Positions 36,413-50,668 are shown, counted from the first letter of the stretch. The stretch is DNA of 64,000 bases from Prorocentrum cordatum (GCA_963575745.1 CAUYUJ010000002.1:2046001-2110000), one strand, 5' to 3'. A program made the numbers and translations. Notes: generated from the sequence alone by a model not told the origin.

Positions 36413-38156
36413 CAAAAAATCCCCACTAGCCCATCCAGACACGATTGAGGGTTTCTTCAGGCCTTTCGGAGGCTGTCGGAGGCTGTCGGAGGAGCCGTGC
36501 TCAGCTAGAGGCTGTCGGAGGCTATCTTGAGCCATGCTCAACTAAGGCTGTCTCGAGGCCTTTTGGAGGTCTGCCGGAGGCTATCTTAAGCCAAGCTCGA
36601 CCTCCTGGGATCATCTTGGGGGTAGGAGGGGGAAGAAGAGGAGAAGAAGGAAAGCGGCACGAGGAAGATGAGGCGGAGCAGGAGGCAGGGAGGAAGCAGG
36701 AAAGGAGGAGAGAAGGAACGGACGATGACAAGCTCATTTGAGGGGTCTGGGATGCCTCTTGGGCCCCATGGCTCAAAAAGACGGGGGTATCAATTCGGCT
36801 TTCTTAGGCCTTTGAGGCCTCAAGATGGCCCCAAGACGATCAAAGAGAAGCCCAAGAGGGGACCAATAGGTCCCCAAGAGCGCTCCAAGAGCGGCCCAGG
36901 AGGGCCCCAAGAGACGCCAAAGTGGGCGTATGCATTGGCATGCATTTGTATGCATCAACATGCATCGGCCTGCATTGGCATGCGTTGGCATGCTTGTGCA
37001 TGCTTTGACATGTTTTGGCATGTGTTGGCATGCATTGGGGCCACCGTGCCCTCCAGGGTGGTGACACCAGGAAACTAGCCCCACCAACGGGGTTAAGGCG
37101 CCCCAGAGCCATATTACCTCAAGTCCTCCTGCTCCTCCTCCCCCCTCCTCGTCACTCTGCTCCTCCCCCCTCCTCGTCACTCTGCTGCGCAGCTGCGGGG
37201 TGCCGTGCAGCACGACAGCCTGCCACACCGAGGGCAGAAGCGTCGTCGGAGTCTGCCGCCCGGGGGCCGCCCGCCGCCGTACATCTCCCCCGCAGCCCCA
37301 GGCAGGCTCGCCGGCGCTCGCCGGCGCCTCCGGGCCGAGCTGGCCGAGTGGGCGGGGGCGCGCCGCTGCCGCGAGGCGGGGCGCACTCCGAGCCCGAGGG
37401 TCAGGGGCAACGATAGGAGGAGGAGGAGGAGGAGGAGGAGGAGGAGGAGGAGGAGGAGGAGGAGGAGGAGGAGGAGGGGGGGCAGCCTGGCAGGGCTCAT
37501 TTCGATTCCTCCGATTCGACTCGATTCGATTGCGGTGGCTTGCGGTTCCGAGTCGATTCGACTTGGGGTTCCGATTTGGGCTCCGGTTTCTCAATGAGAC
37601 ATTACTGCTCTGCCGATTTCCGCCGGTTCGACTCCTCCTGACTCGGCTGCCGATGTCCTCCGATCCGAGTCATGTCGACCTCCGGTCCGACTTGTCGATT
37701 CGATTCTGAGCCCTCCTGGGATCAGGGGCAACGTGAGGGGGGGCAGCCTGGGGGAATCAGTGGCAACGAAAGGGGGGGGCCGGCATAAGGGGCGCGCATC
37801 GACCCCCAATCTCCCATGGATCGCCGACAGGGGCCCGATAGCCCCAACCTGCCCAGGAACCTGCGCGCTCCAATCCCGAGGGTCAGTCGAAGAAGAAAAA
37901 ACGCCGTAGACGTAAACAGTTGGCGCTCCGCTCGGATTTCTTGGATCCGCGCTGTGCCCCGAGGGTGAGTCGAAGAAAAAACACCATAAACGTAAACTAT
38001 TGGCGTTCCGCGCAGATTTCTTGGATTCGCGCTGGGCCCACCCCCCGGCGGCGCCTCCGGCGCCGTCCATGGCGCGCTCCGCGCGCGCGCCGGGGAGGGG
38101 GGTTCAGCACAGACTCAAGAAATCAACGCGGAGCGCCAAATGTTTATGATTATTCA

Positions 38157-39110
38157 ATCGCTTCGCTCATTCCGCCGGCCCATGTTGCATGATCGCTACT
38201 GCTTCGCCGTGGGCCCGGGGCCATTGTGGCGCCGCCGAGGAGGAAGAAGATGAGGATGGGGAAGGGGAGGGGAGGAGGAGGAGAGGATGAGAAGGAGATG
38301 AGGAGGATGAAGATAAGTAGGAGGAGGAGGAGGAAGAGGAAGGGGCGGAGGAGGAAGCCTCTCGTTGGCATCTTGTGTTGCTCTTGGGGCCAAACAGGGT
38401 CGTCGTCAAGATGCTTCTCTGGGAGGCCTCTTGGGGTCTTTTCAGAAGCCGTTCGAGGGCGCCTGGGAGGCATTTTTGAAGTCTTCTGGGGGGCCTCCTG
38501 GGGGCCTCCTGGGACCTCTTGGGGGCCTCTTGGCGGCATCTTGGGGCCTCTCGGGGCCTCCTGGGGCCCTCTTGGGGCGGAAGGCTCGAGGTTTTAGTTC
38601 GTGGTCCCCCTCTTGGGCCCCTCTTGGGGCCGTCTTGGGGCCGTCTTGGGCCGTCTTGGGCGCCTCTTGGGTCGTCTCGGGGCCCTCTTGGGCCCTCTTG
38701 GGGCCCTCGTGGAAGCCTCTTGGCCCGTCTTGGGGTGCTCTTGGGGGCCTCCTGGGCCGTCTTGGAGCATCGGATGGCCGAAAAGGGGACAAGGCCCAAA
38801 TTCTTTCAAAACCATCGTAAAATGTCTGATTTGGGCCTCTCAGGGCCCTCTTGTGAGGCCTCTTGGAGGCCACTTGGAGGCCTCTTGGGCCGTCTTGAGG
38901 TCATCATCGGCGTCTTGGAGCGCTCTTTAGGCGTCTCGGGGGCCCTTTGGGCAGTCTTGGGGGCCTCTTGGGGCACTCTTGGCGCGCTCTGGGGGGCCTG
39001 AGAAGCCACACCCAGGAGGAAAACCATCTCTGAGTAGCAGTGGTCTGGCGGCGGTCGGGGTACTTTTCGCCGGGGGACCCCCAGGGGCCGCCCCGCGCGC
39101 GCGAACTAGA
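38157..39110. mobile_element. GGGGCCTCTT-rich element, copy 2
   Basis: Shares its left terminus, internal GCCGAAAAGG..CAAAA..GATTT block and right GGGGTACTTTTCG motif with 8626-9402. Confidence 0.7.
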
Positions 39111-40485
39111 AGTATTGTTTAGCAGTTACCGGAGATCTTAGCACGCCTTTGGCCCGTTGGGCCGGCGAATTGCGTGTTTCTGTTTCTTGTCAGAAGCAGC
39201 GTTATGGCGGGCAGCCTGGGGGAAGCGTCCCACCATGGGTCCGTTATGGGTCCGTTACGGGGCCCGCGTTGGTCGGGGCTGGTCCTCCTCTTCGCTGCTA
39301 TGGCTCCCGTGAAGATGAGGCCAGAAGGCGAGCATGGGCGACGGCATACGGTCGGGAGCTTTTGGATAGCGTGTCGCTCCACCCTTTCTGGACCACAACG
39401 CCGCGGCGCGACACGCTATCCACGTCCCAGTCCCCAAGCGTCAACGTCTCGAGTGTTTTACAGCATCTCGCCGCGGAGCGGAGCGACACCGCAGTCGCTC
39501 GCAAGGCATAGCGCGTCGCTGGGGAATCCGCCGCAACACGCTAAACAAAAGTTCCTGACCGTAGGCTCAGATGGGGGACGCAATCATCCCGCAATCGTCC
39601 TCCTCCCTCCTCCCCTCCTCCTCCGTTCATGGATTCCGGGCTTTCTCGTCTGCTCTCAGCGGTTTTCCAGCCTCCGGGTGCTCTCCAGCGGCTGCGCCTC
39701 GCCGAGAGCGTTCCGGGGTTGCTCGCATCGCCCCGAGCGATTGCCGAAGAGTCGAGCTATCATGGCCCGGAAACAAGCGGGCAACGTTTGGTGGGGATTG
39801 GCTTTGGGGGAGCACGGAGATGCATCGGCCCTCATTCAATGCCGATAGGGCCCGATAGCCCACCGCGCCCAGGAGCATGCGGATTTGCGATCGAAAGCCG
39901 ATCGCCGATCCATAGGCTATGTACCGCCGATTGCAGGTCGACGCTTCTCCCACTGAGCAGGTCCCCCTCCGATCGTTGCCCCTCAGGGATGGGCTCGCCG
40001 CTGAATTAGGGAAGGGTGGGGGCACCAAAGGAGCATGGCAGTGTTTTGTATCTTTCAGACGGCCAACTCGGGGATTCCAGAATCTCACGCGACACTTCCA
40101 GGAAGCGAATTCCGAGCCGTTCGTTGGTGTCGCGGGTAGAAATCCGAGCGCGTCGAAGATGCCAAGATAAGTTGATTGTCAGCCTCCGTGACAACCAGGT
40201 GTAGCTCGTTCTGACATGGGACGCATTATGATCATTCGTGCTCGTGTCTGTTGTTTCGGCTCTCGGTCAACGACCTTTCTGCAGCTGTATGAGATCCCCT
40301 GCGAGGTAATTGCGCTGCACATATTGAAATTATGTGTAGCTTGTTTCTCCCTCTCCTCACTCGTTCCCATAATGTTGTTCAAAACGCTTGCCCTGCCAAG
40401 ACGAGATTGTGTCTCAGCACATCGTGACGAGGTGAAACATTAGAAGAACCCTATTCCTCCTTGTTCTCGATCCCCTGTCGCTTCC

Positions 40486-40558
40486 TCACTCACTCACTCA
40501 CTCACTCACTCACTCACTCACTCACTCACTCACTCACTCACTCACTCACTCACTCACT
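40486..40558. repeat. (TCAC)n microsatellite
   Basis: Perfect tetranucleotide tract. Confidence 0.97.
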
Positions 40559-42399
40559 CCTCCTGGTTCCAGCTCCTTCGGGAACAAAGGCAGCAGCAGG
40601 AGGGAGGAGGAGGAGGAGGAGGACGACGACGACCACGATGGCGTGGAGACCTCCAGAGGTCCCCAGAAGTATCCTGAAGTCTCCAGCGGAGGTCTCCAGA
40701 TGACCTTGAAGGCTTCCTTCCTCTGGAGGTCTCCGCGGAGGTCATTGGAGGCTCGCGGAGGGAGGATGAGGCAACGGTCCAGCAGACAGAAACGGTGGCA
40801 TCGCAAACAAAAATGTCACCAGACCCAGAGGGGCAAAACTAATGATATGGCTGCAGCTTTGGGGGCCCATTCTTCAAAGACAGTCTGCGGGGCCGAGGGA
40901 GGCGTTTCTCAGATCCCCGACGTCGTGATGCTGTTCGCAATGTGGGCTTCCAGAGGCTTCGATTCCCTCTCAGGGGCCTGCTTTCTATGTTTAGTAATCT
41001 TGAGATGGTCTCGGGGCTGGAAATACATAATAGATCCTCAGATGCCGAAACATATCTCAACTTGGCATCGCTCAGACATGTGCATTTTCGACGAGAACCA
41101 TCGAGGAGCATTTGGGATCATCTTGCGACAACATAAGCGCACGATGCCGAAACATGCACCGTGAATGGACGTCCGAGCGATGGCAAGTCAGGCCTTCGAC
41201 ATGACTTCTGTCACGACGCGAGGGGGTCCGGGACGTCTTGGTCCTTCTGGCCGAGGAGCAGCAGCAGGAGGTTTTCCATGGATGTGCGTTTCGGCTCGCA
41301 GCCCCCCCCCGTTTGGGGACCTGCCCTCGCCGCCCTGTCGGTTCCACTAAACGACGCCACCGGTGCCACCCCCCGGACGCCCCGCTCGCGGCCTGGCTCA
41401 CCCCGTCCACCCGGGCAACGGGAGCCCCCCGCGAGCCAACCGCTGGCTGGAGGGTAGCGCGCTGCCGCCCCACGCTTACACTTACCCTCAGCGCAGCGTG
41501 TGGTGCAGCCCGACGCCGCCGCTGCTGCCCAGCGCTGCCGCCCCGCCTGTGGGTTTTCTGCAAGGGGGGGGGCGTCCTCCTCCCTGTTCGCGTTGCCCTC
41601 GCCGTTCCCTCTCCCTCCCTCTGTGCGCCGCCGTGGCGCTGGGTGGTTGCCTGCCGCCGCCACGCTGGGGCCTCGGGCTCGGTTTTGCCGCCCGTCGCCT
41701 CCGCCAGCCCATCACTGTGTTGGACACACCCAATTTTGTGGTTGTTGGCGACAGGTTGCCTAAAGACCTAGACGCCCCAGGCCGAAGGCCGAGAAAAGTT
41801 GTATGGGGTGAGGGAGAAACCGCCCTACAGCAGTTTCGTGGCCACCCCAGGGCGGAATCCCATTAGAAAAGGCCCCCCCGGAAAGACAGCGCGCAGCCGA
41901 GGAGGAAACTGCGGCCACCGCATTTCCGGGCCCCCGCGATCCCACCTGTGGAACGCGGACCGACCGCCTGGTGTCCCAGGCCCCTTGATTGCATCGCGCC
42001 CTTGACCCGCTGGGCTCGTTCTGGTACCTGCAGTGCGCCTCGCCGTCGCTGCAACCTTGGCGCAGTAACCGCCGCTGTCCCTGCCGGCGGGGCCTGCCGC
42101 GCCACCCGTCCCCTTGAGCGGCCCCCGCCTGCCCGTGGGCACCAGAGATCTCGGATCTCGCCCCCTGAACCCATGAGCGTCAGGCTTGAAGCAGAGAGCA
42201 GAAACAAGCAACACAGGGACAACGAACACATGACAGGTACACCAAAAGAACAAACCCGCACGCGCCATGCTGCCACATCCCACACGCATCAATCACGATG
42301 GCCGCCTTTTTGACAAGAACGGAACTGTATGGAAATGGGGGTGATATATTATCACCCAGATTTCCGCCCAGTTCGAGCCAACACCTTTTCCAGAGGGGA

Positions 42400-44520
42400 G
42401 GTGTCGAGCGGGAACGCTGCTATTGTAGGGGAGCCGGTGTGTGGCGCCAAAGCGAGAGTGCCACTCCTGAGCATAGTATCGAGCGGGGGCGCAGCGAGTT
42501 TTGGAGGCGAGCAAAAGCGCCACGTCCGAGTAAAAAGCAAGGAAGTATCGAGCAGGAGCATTGCTGTTGCTGCAGGAAGACACGGCTTGTGGCGCTCAGG
42601 CGCAGGCGCTTGTCCTGAATGAAAACAAGGAAGCGCCGAGCCGGAGGGCCAGTTTTCGACGGCGAGCAAGAGCGCCAGTCTTGAGTAATAGTGGGGGAAG
42701 CATCGAGCAGGAGCGTCATTGTTGTAGGGATGGGTCGGTCGCGGCGCCGAGGCGAAAAGCTTTGGCCTGAGTTAAGAAAGCGAAAATCATCGAGCGGGGA
42801 CGCTGGTGTTGCTAGAAGGCCAGCTTCGGCGGCCAGCAAGAGCATTGGTCTTGAGCAGACTGAGGAAGTATCGAACGGGAGCGTTGCTGTTGTTCGGGGG
42901 CCGGTCTAACCCTCCCGAAGCGCTTGAGCGTGAGCCTCGCTTTCAATGACACTGCTGATGGCGCCGAGGCGAGAGCGCCAGGGCAGATACATGGTGCCCA
43001 GTAATACTTGTTGAACTGTCTCATAACTTCGATTCAACCACAGTATCGACAACAGCATCATCAACAAAAACAAGCATGTTAAAACTGCTCGCTTTTACTG
43101 GCACGCGTGCTTTGCATTCTGTATACCCAAACTTTCGATACCCGCCCACTTCGAGTTCGATCGCACCCCCTTTCGGGGAGAATATTTTCCTTGTCGGCCA
43201 CTGACTGAAGCGCGTGGAACTCTCGAGCGAGGTCCGTTCCTGAGTACGGGGGCCTCTCTGGCCAGGGTCTCACGCAGTAAATTGTGAGGAAGTATCGAGC
43301 GGGAGCCGTTGTCGCTGTTGCCGAGCCTCCAATGACACATTTACACTCAAGCCGACGCTCGCGCGGGAGCCTCGTTGTCAAAGTAAACGTAGCTGACGTC
43401 TAGGCGAGAGCGCCCGGAACCGTTTCCGGATATCAACAAAAACTATGCTCTAGAAATGAGTGTTCAACAACAGCAGCAACAACAACAATCATTATCATAA
43501 TGAGACAGTTCGCTCCTATCTGCCCACGTGCTAATAGATACGTGTATCCCAAACCCTCGGTACCCGCCCTCGTCGTCTTCGATCGTACCCCTTTGGGGGT
43601 ATCTCTTCCTTACTTGCCACGTCTATTTAGTGCAGCCCTTAAAACAAGGGAAGAGAGGACGGGTGGAAGGGGGAGGGAGAAAAATGGAGCACGATGGAAA
43701 TTTGCAGGAGGGGAGCAAGGAACAGAAAACAAATGGTAGAACCAGACGTGCAGATCTGGTGGGCAGACCCATAGCTGGCAGCTCGGGAAGGCGGGCCCAG
43801 GCGACGAGGTCGAGCAGGCGGGTTGCTGAAGCGTGGGTCCTACATGAATCGCGAGGAAATCTCAAGCGATAGCGCGATTCCTTAGTAAATCGTGAGACAA
43901 GCCAGCGTGGACCACGAAGGGCATAAAATCCGAGGCCACAGAGGGCAGCGACGGGGCCGCTGGGGGCAGCACCGGGGCCACGAAGGGCAACGAGGGGGCC
44001 ACAACGGGCGAGAGCGGGAGCCACGAAGGGCATATTATGCGGGGCCACAAAGGGCAGCGACGGAGCCACTGAGGACTGCAACGGGGCCACGAAGGGCAGC
44101 GAGCGAAGGCGACCGCGGAACCAGCATGGGCAGCGCGGGGCATCGAAGGTGGGCGAAGGGCAGCGAGCGGCGACTGCAGTCATTAACGCGCTGGTCAGGC
44201 GGGCAGGCCCCGACGGGCGGGTCCAGCGGGCGGGTCGTTGAAGCGTGAGTCTCGCTTGAACCGCCAGGCAATATGTAGCGGGAGCGCGATTCCTGAGAGT
44301 CGAGGACCGGCATCTGAATAAATTGTGAGGAAATATAAATCGAAACGGTTCGGTGGTAAGTTGTGAGGAAGTCCCCCGCGAGAACGCGATTCTGGAATAC
44401 ATTGTCGAAAAACAGCATGCGGGAACGGCGATTCGATTGTAAATCGCCACGAAGTCCCAAGCGAGAGCGCGATTCTTCAATACATTGTGAGGAAGTATCA
44501 GGCGGGAGTCGCTGCTGTTG
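42400..44520. repeat. Old degenerate repeat region with recurring GAGGAAGTATCGAGCGGGAG motif
   Basis: Motif variants near 42475, 42541, 42700, 42788, 42862, 43285 and 44488. A GGGGCCACGAAGGGCA minisatellite lies at about 43930-44160. Confidence 0.6.
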
Positions 44521-44794
44521 TAAACCGGGGGCAAATGACACAGTTTTAACTTCAAGATTTCCCCTGATAAAAATGGGTGCGAGCTCCGGGAGAGGCACTT
44601 CAATCGAACAAATCAATGTGCACCCAGCGGGGGGGATCAGCAAAAAGCATTCTTCATCAGTGATAGTTCAACAACAAGAAGAGCAATACTAATATCACCA
44701 ACGACAAACACAACAGCAACAGCAACAGCAACAGGAGAAACGATAGCTACAATTACAACAACAACAACAACAACAACAACAATCATTTTACCCG

Positions 44795-45824
44795 AACGCG
44801 TGGTGTTCTCCCCAGTGCCAGGGTTTTCATACGACACCAGGCAATACCCCCACTTCGTGGGGGGGCATTACAAGCTCTACCAAATATCCAAACGACTCTT
44901 CGCGACCACCCAAACCCAGCTTCCCGCCCTATGACGTTGGGACACTTCACTTCGTGGCGTGCGGACGACCGTGGCTACTACACTGGCGTGGGGTACACAC
45001 CCACAGAACTTGGTCACTTATTCAGAACTTATGGCGCAACCGCAAGGGATTATGGCCCCTGGCAGGCGCGCGAACCCCGTTGCAAGAGCGTGCGAAAGTA
45101 GCTCGCGCGAGCTCATGTAACATAAATGTTGGAAAACCATTGGTTTTTTTAGGATTCGGACAGCGCGCGCGGGTGGAAATTTTGAAAAGTCGTGCAGGTG
45201 TTTTTCGAGGACCTACGGTGCGATTCGTGTGATTTTATGATGCGCGGTGCTAAAATTCTTAAGAAGCCCAATGGTTTTTGGAGATTTCGGCGTGCGCGCG
45301 CGAAGAAAAAACGAATGTGTCCCGCATGGTATTATTTGACAGGGATGATGGCCCTGGCAGGTGCGCAACCGTTGTCGCAGAAGTTCGAAAAAGTTGCTCG
45401 CAAAAGCCCGTTTGACAGAAATGTTTAAAAAGTGTTGGGTTTCCTACGAATCCGCAAGAGCGCGCGGGATGAGATTTTGACATTTTTTTGTTGAAAAACC
45501 ATTGGTTTTTTGATGTTTTTATGTTAAAATCGCTCCGAACACTAAGCTTTTGGAAGGATTTCGTCTTGCGCGCGCGAATGTCCACTTTACCTTATTTTTT
45601 GCAAGGGATTCTTGAAATTTGATTATATTAGAACAAGAAATGTCATTTTATAGTGTTTTTTGCAAGGGAAAGCGGGGGGGAACAAAACAACCGGATCTTG
45701 ATCACATCGAATTACCTGAGGCTTCCTCACGAAAATGATGAAAATGTAGCTGCGGCCTAGGCGGCGCAGGGGGGCCGTGCACCAGGGGTCCCAACAATAA
45801 TTATTCTTTAGAATTAATAATGTT

Positions 45825-45855
<31 letters not shown>

Positions 45856-45915
45856 AACAACAGTAACAGCAACAGCAACAGCAACAGCAACAACAACAAC
45901 AACAGCAACAACAAA
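44795..45915. mobile_element. (CAA)n-bounded element, copy 2 (with ~300 bp extra internal sequence)
   Basis: Collinear with 14775-15575. The segment at about 44982-45288 is absent from copy 1. Confidence 0.8.
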
Positions 45916-47249
45916 TGAAGGGGGAGAACAACAATAAGCCAACAACCACAAGAAACGAAGCCTAGAAGATGGGGAAGGAGAAGGAGGAGGGTGAGGAACA
46001 AGAGGGAGGGGGAAGAGGGCGGAGCCAGGAGGAAGGTGGGAGGCGGGAGGACAAGCAGGGCGGAGGTAAGAGGGAACACGTGAAAGATAAAGGCTTGTGA
46101 GGGAAGGGAAGGGGGATGGCGGGCGGGGCTAAGACCAGGACAACTCGTTCCAGAGCGTTCCGGGACGCTCTAGGGGTTTCCAGGGCGATCTGGAACGGCC
46201 GCGGCGCCCGATACGTCCTCCAGAATTGCCGAATCTCGGACATCTCCGACTTGTCCCAGTCCGAGCTTTGCCCTGGTCTTGGCCTCGTTGGCGAGGGCGC
46301 TATTTCGCCCGCTCTCGTGCGGACCCGCTGGGATTTGGAGAGCGACACATGCATCGCGCCCACGCGGGAGCGCCACTTCCATGCGAAAGCTCCCAACTTG
46401 CCATTGAATCGAGAGGCCCGCAGGCACTGATCAAGCTGGCCGTGACGTTCCGCCGCCTGCTCCCCACAGCTTTGTCCTAGGGTGGCGGACGGAGAGGGTG
46501 GACGCGAGATTTTGCCCGGGTCTTGGCTTCGTCTTATCCGCGGACGGTTTGTTTGCATCGTACCGCGTGGCGTCGTCGATCTTGCTCCGCGGATGCCCCG
46601 CGCGGAAGGTGCTTGTGCGACCGCGCACTCGCAGGATCGCGCCCCCGGACTCCAGACCGCGAGGGCGCGGATACGGATGCGTTCGCCGCTCGTGAGGAGA
46701 GGGCGGGCGCGAGAGGGGCCCGTCGCGGATCTATCAGGAATGTATCGCCGATTCCAGGTCGACGTGATCGCCCCCTGAGCTGGACCACCCCTATCGTTGC
46801 CCCTCAGTCTTAGGATAGCGAACGGAGGAGGTGGGATGGTAAGGCTCTGGACTGCGCACAGACAGCCGCCCCAGGTAGCCCCGGCTGGCCTCAACAGCCC
46901 CCCCCGGGCCAGCTGGTCTCAACACGCCAACCTTGGGTCGTGGAACGCCCAAAGGGAGCCGCCGGAGGAGGCGCCGTGGGAGTTGAGACCGCCGCAGATT
47001 GCTCGGGGGGGCCCGTCGAGGCCAGCGGGGACTTCTCTCGGGGGGCCCGTTGGGGCCGCAGCGAGAGGCAGAGGGGCAGCGGGAGGCGGGCGGCGCCCGG
47101 TTCGCAGCGCTCTCCAACCCCGAGCGACAGGCGCCCTGCGCGTGCGGGTTGAGGGCGGCTGGCGCCGCGCCTGGCGAGGAGGCTCCGACTCGGAGCCGCT
47201 GGCGTCGGCGTCGTGCGGGGGTCGCCTCTCTCGCCTCAGCCCTGCACGT

Positions 47250-47369
47250 CCTCCTCGACCTCCCCATCCTCCTCCTCCTTCTCCTCCTCCTCCTCCTCCT
47301 CCTCCTCCTCCTTCTGCTGCTGCTGCTCATCATGCTCCTCCCTCTCCTCCTCCCCCTCCTCCTCCTCCT

Positions 47370-47400
<31 letters not shown>

Positions 47401-48264
47401 CTCCTCCTTCTCCTCCTCGACCTCCTCCTCCTCGTCCGCCTTGTCTTCCTCCTCCGCCTCCTCCTCATCCTCCGTCTTATCCTCACCATCCGCCGTTGCT
47501 TCCTCCTATTGGTTCTCCTCATGCTCCTGCTTCTCTTCCTCCTCCTCCTCCTCCTCCTCCCCCTCCTCCTCCTCCTCCGCCTCCGCCTCCTCCTGCTCCT
47601 CCTGCCCCTTCTGCTCCTCCTCTTCTTCCTCCTCCTCCTCCTCCACCACCCTCTGTGGCGCGATGTCCCCATCGTCGAGGTTGCCGGTGAGCTCCTGGGG
47701 GGGTACGCACGCTCCATCGATTTCGTGCCCGTGGCCACCCGCATGGGCTCAATGCCCCTCCCGATGGCACGTAACCGACGCTGCCCACACCGTCATCGAA
47801 ATGACAAGTCCCAAGAGAGACATTACTCCCAGGAAAAATGCTTGTGCAGTCGATGAGGAGGGCCTCCTCGTCGCTGCTGTAGTAATGCTCGTAGTCGAGG
47901 TACTCCCGATCCGCCGCGGGTGCCCTGTCATGGAGCAACGACCTCATCTCATGCTGTTTGCGTTGAAGGTGTTGCCAGTGCATGGCCACAGCCTGCTGCC
48001 ATGCGTCCTGCATCTGCTGATCCCACAACCAAGCAAGATACTCCAGGATATGGTTTCGCCCCCAGCGCCTCGCCGCCAAGCGTGCGTACAGAAGTCCTCG
48101 GCGACCTCTGCCAAGGTACGACCGTTCAGGGTGGCGGGCAACCGCCTCGCTCTGGGGACTACGCTGAAGCTGGAGCGCCACGTATGGTACGCACCATTGG
48201 CGCCAAGGTACAGCCCCCTTCTCCTCCTCCTCCTCCTCCTCCTCATCATCATCATCATCATCAA

Positions 48265-48316
<52 letters not shown>

Positions 48317-48317
48317 G

Positions 48318-48410
<93 letters not shown>

Positions 48411-48638
48411 CCCTCCTGCCCCTGTTCCTCTTCCTCCTCCATCTCCTTTTCCTCCTGCTCCTCCTCCTCATCCATCTCCTTCTCCATCTGCTCCTTCTCC
48501 TCCTCCTCCTCCTCCTCCTCTTCCTTCTCTTCGTATTCCTCCTCCTCCTCCTCCTCCCCTTCCTCCTCTTCCTCCTCCGCCTTCTCCTCCTCCTCCTCCT
48601 CCACCTCCTCCTCCTCCTCCTCCTCCTCCTCCTCCTCC
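47250..48638. repeat. Long (CTC)n and (CAT)n tracts (47250-47650, 48220-48638)
   Basis: Directly visible. They are the source of the poly-S/P/L/I/H/D ORFs. Confidence 0.95.
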
Positions 48639-50668
48639 TAGGCCGCTGTTTGAGCTTAACGTGCATAGACCGACCGAACCGCATGCACAAACTTACTCAG
48701 CAGTGATCTCGCGCCCCCTCGCAGACCCAGGGGCACTGGGAACTGGAGAGCCCCTCATCACACATCCGATACCGCAACTTGCATAGTCTCTTCGGTGCTA
48801 TGTCTTCTTGTTTATTGCATAGTCCATATTGGACGTAGGTTTGCTAAATTTCGGGCGCCATTCTCGAGACATATTGATATCAGAGTTCATACACATCCCT
48901 ATCACAGTGGCCCCACGCTATGCCAAGAAGCATGCTCCTTGCACCTGGTCTTGCGAATTGGGTAACATAGGAACGTGTGCGCATTCCGTCTTGACTTGGG
49001 GGAGCGGGGCTGCACCACGGGAGGTCCCCTCAAACTTGGCAACTGCTTAGCATGATGCTTGCAACGAAGACGCTGGGAGATTGATTGAGGAATCCGGCCG
49101 TGGGGGGTGCCGTCGGGACCCAGTGCGGGAGTCCGAGAACCCAGCAATTTCGTGCGAAGCAGGTTGTCTCACATGAGTATGCTTTACATGATGCTTGCAA
49201 CGACGACGATGCGAGATTGTTGGATGCGCCAGGCCGTGGGGAGTGCCGTCGAGACCCAATGCGGGAGACCGAGAGCCCAGCCGTTGCGGACGCCGCGAGA
49301 TTGTCGAATGAAACAGGCCGTGGGGAGCGCCGTCGGGACCCAGCGCGGGAGACCGAGAACGGAGTGTTTTCGTCACGTATTGCCTCACATGGCTGTGCTA
49401 CACGTGATGTTTGCAGCGCGGACGCTGCGATATTGTTGAATGAATCAGGCCGTGGGGAGCGCCGTCGGGACCCAACGCGGGAGACCGAGAACCCAGCCAT
49501 GCATGTGTGCGAGATTGAGATTTCAGTGTTCACATCTACCATAGACAATGGGACCCGCATCGTTGACAACGTTTGCACATCGGAGACGGCGAAAGTGAGC
49601 GAAGCAACCATGAAGTTACCAATCATGATATACAAACATGTGGTACAAGAGGAAAACGGCTGTATCCGCTTCATGAAGAGACTTTGCATTGCAAGTGAGA
49701 GAGGCACGCACGCGGTCTGGGCTAAAAATATTACTCGTGGTTGCAAGCAGCTCATAGCGACATAGACAAAACGACAGAGCAACTGGTGCTGGACAAAAAA
49801 GGGTGATGATTACACGCAAGAGTACGCATGGCAATGTGTTCGCCCCTAACATTCCAGAACATGCTCATGTGTTCCGCGACCCAAGCCCGCCATATCAACA
49901 TACCAACAACAAACAGAGCCAGAGCCGCAGACCAAGACATAATACCCACCGCGAATAGCAGCGTACTTCGGCAACGTGGCGAGTACTTGGCGCGTCGCGA
50001 AACGTGAAATAATAATGCGGACTGGCTCCGCTCCAGTGCCCCTGGGTACTGCGGCTGTCGCCGCTCCGCGGCTGTCCCCCCGCACCTTCCTCTTCTCCCC
50101 CTGGTCGGGGATCCTCGGCTCTTGCTGGCTCGGTGGTTTCCTCGGCTTTCCCTTCTCTTTCCCCTCTCTCGCTCCTGCGCGCCTTTACCCCCATTGGGGT
50201 AGTGGAGTTTGGTTCCAGTGGAGGCTCTCAGAGGACGAGCCCCGCCTGGACAGACCAGGGCAGGCGCGCCCTCCAGCATTCTCAGTTGCTAGAGTCCTCC
50301 TGGCAGCTTATATGCATGGCTCTTCCCGCCCGCCCGCTTCTGAGGCCCTTGCCCTTTTCCCCTCCTCCGGCGTCTGTTCAGGAGTCTCCTTGGTGTTGCA
50401 GGGTTCCCTGCTTCGGGGCAGCAGGACCACGACCCACGGGGTTCGGGCCTGCCCTGCTCTCAGCAGCCCCGCGGGTCGGATGACCGTCCAAAGCCGAGGG
50501 TGCCGCCTCCACTATTTTTCCCAGGGGTCAAGAGTGCCCAGAGTCGTAGAGGGCACGACCCCCGACGGCCTTATCCTTATCCCTATCCCTATCCTTATCC
50601 TTCCCCTCCTCCTCCTCCTCCTCCTCCTCCTCCTCCTCCTCTTCCTCTTCCTCCTCCTCATCATCATG

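Noticed and set aside
40930..40985. tRNA-like T-arm (GGCTTCGATTCCC)
   Set aside because: No convincing D-arm, anticodon arm or acceptor stem could be folded.
46791..48786. Poly-R/P/S/L/H/D/I/M ORFs here and elsewhere
   Set aside because: These are translations of trinucleotide microsatellites.
49085..49765. 226-aa ORF with GRGERRRDP repeats
   Set aside because: The N-terminal half is a DNA minisatellite and the remainder has no recognisable motif.
37190..50560. Scattered exon-like segments (about 37195-37375, 39250-39505, 41230-41420, 46140-46415, 50200-50520)
   Set aside because: They are coding-like, some with plausible GC donors, but I could not chain them or recognise a domain.
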